From contig CAXXXD010000002.1 of NCBI GenBank assembly GCA_963663385.2, positions 448,001-512,000 on the forward strand: 64,000 nt of DNA, given 5' to 3'. A program made the translations under genes and the position numbers. The notes under the pieces are model-generated. The model worked only from the letters and a program-made list of their open reading frames with translations, did not search any database and was not told where the DNA came from. This DNA comes from Oceanispirochaeta sp. GTDB taxonomy: Bacteria; Spirochaetota; Spirochaetia; DSM-2461. This document shows positions 42,132 to 49,412 of this stretch, piece by piece (the first letter of the stretch is position 1; each line of letters opens with the position of its first letter).

Positions 42132-43081
42132 AAAAAACTCTTGTAAACCTTTTCCTGATTTTCCTGCTGAGCCTTTCCTCTTTGTGGAGCCTGGATGTTT
42201 ATTCAGGCAGCCAGGTTTATCTGGGCGATGTGTTAACCGGGCTTGTTACGGATTGCGGCTGGGAAGATAATATACGATTTATCCTCAAAGATCCGGACGG
42301 TAAAGTCCGTTCCCTTGTCGCGGGGATCCCTTTTCGTGATGAAGACCTGTCCGGAAACAATTCCATCGGATTAATCGGCATAGACTCCGGTCTTCCTGTG
42401 GGGACCTATACCCTGAGGACAGAGATCGACCGGAGATCCGGTTCTCTGGAATTTGAGAAGCCTGTCCTGGTCAGAAGCCGCACCTTTAAAAAGGAAGATA
42501 TCAGTCTGAATCAGGCTATGAGCGATCTCAGGAGCAGTGAGGACCCGGTTAAACTGGAGCAGTCCCGCCGGCTCTGGGCTATACTGGTCACCGTAGGAGA
42601 GGGATCGGCTTCTCCCTGTGAAAGCATGATTTCTCCGGTGGATTCCTACACTATGACATCCTGGTTCGGTGACAGGCGCAATTTTCTCTATACAGACGGG
42701 GGGACCGCCGGATCAGTACATACAGGTGTGGATATGGCTGCCGATACGGGAACTCCCATTGTTACGCCTCTGGGAGGGAAGGTCGTTCTGGCGGAAGACC
42801 GGGTTTTAACGGGTTTCAGTATTGTGCTGGAGCACTTCCCCGGAGTGTATTCTCTCTATTACCATTTGGATACCCTGGATGTTCAAGCAGGGGATATTCT
42901 GGTTCCGGGAGATTCCCTGGGGACCCTGGGCGCCACCGGGCTTGTTACAGGACCCCATCTGCACTGGGAACTCCGGGTAAATACAATTCCTGTTGATCCC
43001 ATGAAATATTTGGACAAAGGTCTTATTGACAAAGATGAAATTATGGCTATGATAGATGCTACTATACAAGAAGGGAGGTGA
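42128..43081 (+). CDS. M23 family metallopeptidase
   Basis: Signal peptide, 'HTGVD', 'YYHL', 'TGPHLHWE'. Confidence 0.92.
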   Translation: MKKTLVNLFLIFLLSLSSLWSLDVYSGSQVYLGDVLTGLVTDCGWEDNIRFILKDPDGKVRSLVAGIPFRDEDLSGNNSIGLIGIDSGLPVGTYTLRTEIDRRSGSLEFEKPVLVRSRTFKKEDISLNQAMSDLRSSEDPVKLEQSRRLWAILVTVGEGSASPCESMISPVDSYTMTSWFGDRRNFLYTDGGTAGSVHTGVDMAADTGTPIVTPLGGKVVLAEDRVLTGFSIVLEHFPGVYSLYYHLDTLDVQAGDILVPGDSLGTLGATGLVTGPHLHWELRVNTIPVDPMKYLDKGLIDKDEIMAMIDATIQEGR

Positions 43082-43087
43082 TTTCGT

Positions 43088-43297
43088 ATCGCCAACATTA
43101 AGATTAATGACGACGAACCGCTTGAAAAAGCGATCAAGCGTTTCAAGCGTATGGTGGAAAAGGAAGGTATTATCCGGGAATGGAAAAAACGGGAATACTA
43201 TGAAAAGCCTTCCACTATCAAGAACCGCAAGAAGAAAGCTATGGTTCGGAAACAGGCTAAAAAGCTGAGAAAGATGCAGGGCGGCTCCGGTCGTTAA
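43088..43297 (+). CDS. rpsU: 30S ribosomal protein S21 (ATC start codon)
   Basis: Manual translation: (I/M)[78 protein letters not shown] 6 nt upstream; in-frame TGA at 43079-43081. Confidence 0.93.
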   Translation: MANIKINDDEPLEKAIKRFKRMVEKEGIIREWKKREYYEKPSTIKNRKKKAMVRKQAKKLRKMQGGSGR

Positions 43298-43307
43298 GCA
43301 TGAGAAG

Positions 43308-43329
43308 GAGGTCCTGCGGGACCTCTTTT
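43308..43329 (+). terminator. Intrinsic terminator after rpsU
   Basis: GAGGTCC-TGCG-GGACCTC followed by TTTT. Confidence 0.7.
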
Positions 43330-43397
43330 CTATTTATAAGCCCTTCCTCTGCCTCTCCATTTGCTTATGACAGATAACCCTTGTATTGGATTTTTTA

Positions 43398-44195
43398 TTA
43401 CGCTTCTGTTTCAGAACTGCTCTTTACGATTTCTATTCCGGATGCTTCAAATCTGGCAATTATCTCGGGATCTGCTATCGAATCGGTTATCAGAATATCC
43501 ACATCTTCAATGGAACAAATCCTGCTCAGGGCTGTCTTTCCCAGCTTTGAGTAATCGGCAAGGACAATTATTTTATCAGCGGCTTTCAGCATCTGTTTTT
43601 TTACGGATGACTCGATTATGGTATGATCGCTGAGCCCTGTTTCCGGCGATACCGCTTTGACTGCAAGAAAAAGCAGATCGGCGTGAACCTCCGAGAAAAA
43701 CTGTTCGGCCGGCTGACCAGTCAACGAACGGGATGAAGGGTTGACAATCCCTCCCGGCAGTATCAGGGTAATGTTCTGATTTCCGCTCAGGATATCCGCC
43801 GCTGCCAGAGAAGGGGTTATGACTGTGATGTGTTCCTTCTCCAGAAGTTCCTCTGCCAACTCTACAGTTGTTGTTCCCGAATCCAGTATGATGGTAGAGC
43901 CGCATTTGACAAGCTCCGCAGCCTTTTGGGCGATATGGGATTTACTTTCACGATGAAGGGCCAGGCGGCTGGAAAAAGGAGTCCTGTCATTACTGCGTTC
44001 CAGCAGGGTGGCCCCCCCCTTTATCCTGTAGCAATACCCCATTCTCTCAAGGTCGATTAAATCCCGGCGGATTGTATTTTCCGAGACATCACAGGCTTTA
44101 CTTAATTCGGATACCTTTACAGTTTTCCTCTCTTCCAGTACGGATTTGATTTTATCAAGCCGTTCCGGGTGGAGGAGTTTGTCTTGCGGGTTCAT
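43398..44195 (-). CDS. DeoR/GlpR family transcriptional regulator
   Basis: 'VSENTIRRDLIDLE....IKGGA', 'ILDSGTT'; start placed at MNPQDK. Confidence 0.93.
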   Translation of the reverse strand: MNPQDKLLHPERLDKIKSVLEERKTVKVSELSKACDVSENTIRRDLIDLERMGYCYRIKGGATLLERSNDRTPFSSRLALHRESKSHIAQKAAELVKCGSTIILDSGTTTVELAEELLEKEHITVITPSLAAADILSGNQNITLILPGGIVNPSSRSLTGQPAEQFFSEVHADLLFLAVKAVSPETGLSDHTIIESSVKKQMLKAADKIIVLADYSKLGKTALSRICSIEDVDILITDSIADPEIIARFEASGIEIVKSSSETEA

Positions 44196-44270
44196 CCTTC
44201 CAGTATATCCATTGTATCCCGGTTTGGAAACAAACATATTTGCCTTTTTATGATTGAATGTCGTTGAATA

Positions 44271-44305
44271 TGGTGATATATTGTGAAACGCGCAATATAT
44301 CACCA
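44271..44305. promoter_or_regulatory. 13-bp perfect inverted repeat upstream of the metal ABC operon
   Basis: TGGTGATATATTG-N9-CAATATATCACCA. Confidence 0.65.
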
Positions 44306-44323
44306 CCAGCAGAGGTTAGATAA

Positions 44324-45436
44324 ATGAGAAAATTTTGTACTATCATCGTTTTTTTATCAGCAGTCATTTCGGTTTGGGCCGGAGGACAGGCGGAAGGGGC
44401 CGCTTCCGCGGGCAGCCGTAAGCCGGCAGATACCATTACAGTCACAGACTGTATGGACAGGGATGTTTCTATCCCGGGTAATCCAGAACATTTTGTTGCA
44501 ATCGGCCCGGGTTGTTTGAGGTTGTACTGTTATGTGGGTGATGTAGAAAAGATCGCCGGAATAGAACAGCTGGAAGTGAAGAACGGCCCTGTGGGAAGAC
44601 CTTATATAAAGGCTAATCCTCAGCTGCTGGATCTTCCGGTCATCGGCCCCGGAGGACCGGGGAATGCTCCTGATCCGGAAAAAATCCTGGAGGTTCTTCC
44701 GGATGTAATCTTTACCCTTTATAACTCGGATGCTTCCTCGGTAGAAGAGCTGCAGCATAAAACCGGTATTCCTGTTGTGGCCCTTTCCTATGGAGAAACA
44801 GAAGTATTTGATCCTATGCTGACACATTCCCTAGAACTTATCGGGAAAATTACCGGAAATGAGGCTCGGGCGGAAGAGGTTATCGGTTTCATTGATAGCT
44901 GCAGCAAAGATCTGCAGAGTAGAACGGAAGATATCGCAGCGGCGGATAAACCAGGCATATATTTTGGTGCCATGTCCATGAGGGGCGCTCATGGAATTGA
45001 GAGTACCAGAGGGAATTATTCCCTTTTTCAGGCAGTAAATGCTAAAAATGTTGTTGAAGAAGCGGGAATTAAAACCTATGTGATGCTGGATAAGGAAAAA
45101 CTGCTGGATATGGATCCGGAGATTATTCTTCTGGATGCCGGAGGCCTTGCAAATGTCCGGGAGGATTATTCCGCCAATACCCAGTTTTATAACGGATTAA
45201 GGGCTTTTAAAAACGATCAGGTTTATATGCAGCTTCCCTATAACTACTACTATACCAATATAGATATCGCTCTCTGCGATGCCTATTTTATCGGAACCGT
45301 TCTGTATCCGGACCGGTTTGATGATATGGATATTGCTGAGAAATCAGACGAAATATTTCAGAAGCTTCTGGGGAAAAAGCTCTATTCCCAGGTGGCCTCA
45401 GAGTATTACGGCGGCTATCAGAAACTGACTTTTTAA
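44324..45436 (+). CDS. Iron-siderophore/cobalamin-type ABC substrate-binding protein
   Basis: 'TVTDCMDRDVSIP', 'PDPEKIL...PDVIF', TroA/BtuF-like fold. Confidence 0.88.
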   Translation: MRKFCTIIVFLSAVISVWAGGQAEGAASAGSRKPADTITVTDCMDRDVSIPGNPEHFVAIGPGCLRLYCYVGDVEKIAGIEQLEVKNGPVGRPYIKANPQLLDLPVIGPGGPGNAPDPEKILEVLPDVIFTLYNSDASSVEELQHKTGIPVVALSYGETEVFDPMLTHSLELIGKITGNEARAEEVIGFIDSCSKDLQSRTEDIAAADKPGIYFGAMSMRGAHGIESTRGNYSLFQAVNAKNVVEEAGIKTYVMLDKEKLLDMDPEIILLDAGGLANVREDYSANTQFYNGLRAFKNDQVYMQLPYNYYYTNIDIALCDAYFIGTVLYPDRFDDMDIAEKSDEIFQKLLGKKLYSQVASEYYGGYQKLTF

Positions 45437-45455
45437 AATAGGGAAGAGAGAAATC

Positions 45456-46250
45456 ATGACTGAATGGCAGCTGAGAAATACGAATAAAAAGGCCAGTGTC
45501 GATCTGTGGGATTCCATGTCCCGGGGGTTTGAGGAATACAGGCTGCCCACCTTTGAAGACAACCGTTTTCTGAAACTCCTGGCGGATAATGACATGTTTA
45601 GGAAGGACTCTCTTGTCCTGGATGTAGGATGCGGAACCGGAAAATATGCAAATGCCATTGCACCGGTATGCAAAAGAGTGACCGGCATTGACCTGTCTCC
45701 CGCCATGCTTGAAATTGCTGAACGGAAATCCCGGGAGTATTCAGCGGGGAATGTGAACTACATACTGGACGACTGGCATGAACTTGATCTGAAAGAGAAG
45801 GGGCTCTATAAGGAATTCGATCTGGTCTTTGCCCATATGACGCCGGCGGTGCAAAGCTCGGACTCTTTTATGAAACTGGCTCAGGCAAGTAAAGGCTGGT
45901 GTGTCCTGTCAAAACCCACCAGACGTACCGATCCTGTCTCCGATGCGGTTAAAGCCCGTGCCGGTATCAGGGAAAAGCGGGAAAGCAGCGATGACGATAT
46001 TGTTTATGCTTTTGAACTGCTATGGCGGCAGGGGGTTAATCCCCGTTTTGCCTATGAGCAGCAGCACTGGCATTTGGAAAAAACCCTGGAACAGGCCTAT
46101 GCCCTCTATATTAATCGCGTTAAAACCTACCGGGATCTCTCTTCTGATGAAGAGGAGAATTTGAAAGAGTATCTTCAGTCAATAGCAAAAAATGGTCTGA
46201 TTACTGAGGATATCGAAACCACAATCACAACAATCTATTGGCATGTGTAA
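45456..46250 (+). CDS. Class I SAM-dependent methyltransferase
   Basis: 'VLDVGCGTG', 'GIDLSPAML', 'FDLVFA'. Confidence 0.9.
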   Translation: MTEWQLRNTNKKASVDLWDSMSRGFEEYRLPTFEDNRFLKLLADNDMFRKDSLVLDVGCGTGKYANAIAPVCKRVTGIDLSPAMLEIAERKSREYSAGNVNYILDDWHELDLKEKGLYKEFDLVFAHMTPAVQSSDSFMKLAQASKGWCVLSKPTRRTDPVSDAVKARAGIREKRESSDDDIVYAFELLWRQGVNPRFAYEQQHWHLEKTLEQAYALYINRVKTYRDLSSDEEENLKEYLQSIAKNGLITEDIETTITTIYWHV

Positions 46251-47343
46251 AATGACAGTGCAGTCGGAACTGAAACAGAAAAACGGAATAGCAGGCTATC
46301 ATAATTTTATAAAGAGGAAATGGCTGATTCTGCTGCTCCTTGCAGCCGGGGTCTTTGTTATCTCTGTCTTTTCCGTAAATGCGGGGTCCTCCTCCATCGA
46401 TACATGGGAAGTTATTAAAGCTTTTGCAGGGATGGGCAGCGAAAAGGCGTCCATTGTAATCTGGCGAATACGTATGCCGAGAGTGATAACTGCGATAATT
46501 GCCGGTGCCGGACTGTCGGTAGCCGGTTGTGTAATGCAGAATAATTTAAAAAATCCCCTGGCTTCTCCGTCGACCCTTGGCGTTTCAAATGCGGCGGCTT
46601 TTGGCGCCAACCTCGCTATCATTGTTCTGGGGGCGGGGACTGTAATGAATACAGCCGGAGATGCGGTAGCCATCAATAATCCTTATATGGTCACTATATG
46701 GTCATTCGCCTGTGCCATGGGCGCCACGCTGATTATCCTCGCCCTTGGTAAAATCAGAGGGTTTTCGCCTGAAGCGATTGTACTGGCAGGGGTTGCTCTG
46801 GGATCCCTTTTTTCTGCGGGAACTACCCTTATGCAGTACTTTGCACCCGATATCAAGATTGCCGCGGCTATATTCTGGACATTCGGGGATCTGGGAAGAG
46901 TCTCCTGGAACGAAGTTTTTATTATACTGGCAGTGGTTTGTCTGTCGTCTTTTTATTTTTTTATAAAGAGGTGGGACTATAACGCCATGGATAATGGAGA
47001 AGAAGCGGCAAAAAGTCTGGGGGTCAATACAGAAAGGCTTCGTTTCTTCGGTCTGCTGACGGCTTCTCTCGTTACAGCTGTCAGTGTATCATTTCTTGGT
47101 ATAATCGGATTTATCGGACTGGTAGGGCCTCAGATTATGCGACGGATACTAGGGGCGGACCACCGGTTTCTGATTCCTGCGTCCATGCTGTCGGGAGCTG
47201 TTCTGCTTCTTGTTTCCGATACTCTGGCACGAACCGTTATCTCTCCAGTGGTACTGCCGGTGGGGGCGATTACATCCCTATTGGGGGCGCCGTTATTTAT
47301 TTATCTGCTAATAAGAGGCATGAAAGGAAAAATGAGAAAATGA
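46243..47343 (+). CDS. FecCD/BtuC family ABC permease
   Basis: 'IRMPRV', 'NPLASPSTLGVS', 'AKSLGV', 'GIIGFIGLVGPQ'. Confidence 0.93.
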   Translation: MCKMTVQSELKQKNGIAGYHNFIKRKWLILLLLAAGVFVISVFSVNAGSSSIDTWEVIKAFAGMGSEKASIVIWRIRMPRVITAIIAGAGLSVAGCVMQNNLKNPLASPSTLGVSNAAAFGANLAIIVLGAGTVMNTAGDAVAINNPYMVTIWSFACAMGATLIILALGKIRGFSPEAIVLAGVALGSLFSAGTTLMQYFAPDIKIAAAIFWTFGDLGRVSWNEVFIILAVVCLSSFYFFIKRWDYNAMDNGEEAAKSLGVNTERLRFFGLLTASLVTAVSVSFLGIIGFIGLVGPQIMRRILGADHRFLIPASMLSGAVLLLVSDTLARTVISPVVLPVGAITSLLGAPLFIYLLIRGMKGKMRK

Positions 47344-48092
47344 GTTTAGCTGTTGATTCCTTATCATTTCAATACCCTTCCCACGATGTTCTGAACGATA
47401 TCTCCTTCTCCCTGGGAAAAGGGGAATGTCTGGCTATCCTCGGAACAAACGGGGTCGGGAAGTCCACACTGCTGAAGTGTATAAACCGCATCCTTAAACA
47501 GAAAAGAGGAAAAGTCGTTGTTATGGGAGAGAACGTCAGTTCTCTCAACGGGAATGAGCTGGCCAAAAGAATCGGTTATGTATCGCAGGATCATCACTGT
47601 TCCTTAAGTACGGTGTTTGATGCTGTTCTGCTGGGAAGAAAGCCCTATATCAAATGGGATGTTACCGAAGAAGACCTGGAGATCGTTCATGACGTTATGA
47701 AATCCCTTGGTCTGGAAGAGTATGCGCTCCGCTATGTTGATGAATTAAGCGGCGGGGAAGCCCAGAAAGTGAGTATTGCCCGGGCTCTAGCCCAGCAGTC
47801 GGATGTTCTTATGTTCGATGAGCCTACCAGTAACCTTGATTTGAAAAATCAGCTTGAGGTGACAGGCATAATTAAGAATATTGTAAAAAAAAGGCAGATA
47901 TCCGCAATTGTAACCATGCATGATCTGAATATGGCTCTCCGTTTTGCCGACAGGTTTATTCTGATGAGAAACGGGGAGATCTTTGCCATGGGGGATTCGA
48001 GCGTTATAACGACAGAAAATATCCTTGATGTTTATGGCGTTCCCGTTGAGATCCGGACCCACCGGGATCTGCCCCTTGTAATCCCGGTCTGA
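47340..48092 (+). CDS. FecE/BtuD-type ABC ATP-binding protein
   Basis: GTNGVGKST, LSGGEAQ, DEPTSNLD. Confidence 0.93.
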   Translation: MSLAVDSLSFQYPSHDVLNDISFSLGKGECLAILGTNGVGKSTLLKCINRILKQKRGKVVVMGENVSSLNGNELAKRIGYVSQDHHCSLSTVFDAVLLGRKPYIKWDVTEEDLEIVHDVMKSLGLEEYALRYVDELSGGEAQKVSIARALAQQSDVLMFDEPTSNLDLKNQLEVTGIIKNIVKKRQISAIVTMHDLNMALRFADRFILMRNGEIFAMGDSSVITTENILDVYGVPVEIRTHRDLPLVIPV

Positions 48093-48124
48093 GCCGGAAC
48101 CAGAATTCATTAGGGAGGAAAGAA

Positions 48125-48652
48125 ATGAAAAAAGAACTTTGGGATAAATCAGTGGCTTTTCACGGGCATGAGTGCCCCGGTCTGGCGATCGGAGTCAAGG
48201 CCTGCGAAGCGGCTTTTGAAAAAATGGGTATAGGTGTTTCGAATGATGAAGAGATCGTATGCATAACAGAAAATGATGCCTGCGGAGTAGATGCCATACA
48301 GGCACTATTAAGCTGTACCATGGGAAAGGGAAATCTGATCTACAGAGGTACTGGAAAACAGGCCTTTTCGTTCTTTAACCGTTCTAATGGTGAAAAATTA
48401 AGGGTTTGTCTTAAGGCCGGCAACCGGGAAGGGCTTGATCGGGATGAATGGAAGGAATACCTTTTGAGTGCCCCGGTAGATGACATATTCAGCTTTTCCG
48501 AACCCGGATATGATCTGCCCGAAAACGCCAGGATTTTCACTACCCTTATTTGTGATATCTGCGGCGAGGGAGCTCCCGAGCACAAGATGCATCTCCAGGA
48601 AGGGAAAACAGTTTGCCTGGACTGCTTCAACGCTTATGACCGGGGATGGTAA
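48125..48652 (+). CDS. FmdE family protein with a C-terminal Zn finger
   Basis: 'FHGHECPGLAIG', 'ENDACGVDAIQ', 'CDICGE...CLDC'. Confidence 0.9.
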   Translation: MKKELWDKSVAFHGHECPGLAIGVKACEAAFEKMGIGVSNDEEIVCITENDACGVDAIQALLSCTMGKGNLIYRGTGKQAFSFFNRSNGEKLRVCLKAGNREGLDRDEWKEYLLSAPVDDIFSFSEPGYDLPENARIFTTLICDICGEGAPEHKMHLQEGKTVCLDCFNAYDRGW

Positions 48653-48824
48653 AAAAGCCGGGATGGAAGATTTCAGAAGACCGGACGGCTCCCGTCGATA
48701 AGCAGAAGAAGGGAGCCGTTCAGGCCGCTTTCCTTTTCGTCAATCTTCTTCTGACCCCTTCCCGGTATGTGGGAATCCTCATCTCCTCTTTCACTGGCCG
48801 CATACTTATGTTACAATCTGCAGT

Positions 48825-49265
48825 ATGACCCAGGTATTAACTGCCGCTGTTGCAGGAGTCGTTCTGCTGGCGGGGATAACATATTTTTTAAGAAAACGTA
48901 TTAATATTCGCCGGAAAAAGAGAAATGATCTCTCTTTGAATGAAAATCTGCAGAAACTGATAAGTCAGGATCAGTTTGAATACTACCTGATTGATGTCCG
49001 TTCCGAGAACGAATACCGTAAGGGACACATCCCTACGGCTGTCAATGTTCCTTATGGAAGCCTCAATACATACCTCCCCTCGGATAATCTGTTTTCCAAT
49101 ATGATTGTATATGGCCGTTCCCCTCTTCAGTCTGCCCGGGCGGCTGCTGTTCTTGAAAATTCCGGTTACTTCAATGTAACCAATTTCGGTCCCTTCTTCA
49201 GTTGGCGTGGAGACGTTACCAGGCTGGAAAGCTGGAAGAAAGACGTCCGCAAAAAAACCAGCTGA
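48825..49265 (+). CDS. Membrane-anchored rhodanese-like domain protein
   Basis: 'LIDVRSENEYRKGHIPTAVNVP'; active-site Cys apparently absent (IVYGRS). Confidence 0.82.
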   Translation: MTQVLTAAVAGVVLLAGITYFLRKRINIRRKKRNDLSLNENLQKLISQDQFEYYLIDVRSENEYRKGHIPTAVNVPYGSLNTYLPSDNLFSNMIVYGRSPLQSARAAAVLENSGYFNVTNFGPFFSWRGDVTRLESWKKDVRKKTS

Positions 49266-49412
49266 TCCGTTTTTTAACGAAGAAAACGCTGTATGGACCG
49301 CATCTCCTTGGTCTTTGCAATAAAAAACTGTTCCGGTCCCGTCTCTCTTAGTATATTAAATTCTATTACCATTGAAGTTTTCAGCTGTACAGCAGCTTAA
49401 AGGAGTATAAAC

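Noticed and set aside
43056..43268. 70-aa ORF in the track
   Set aside because: Wrong frame; the real gene here is rpsU at 43088..43297
42128..43297. Possible TGA readthrough fusing the M23 peptidase to S21 (same frame)
   Set aside because: A strong SD directly before ATC explains independent initiation, and an exported peptidase-S21 fusion is implausible
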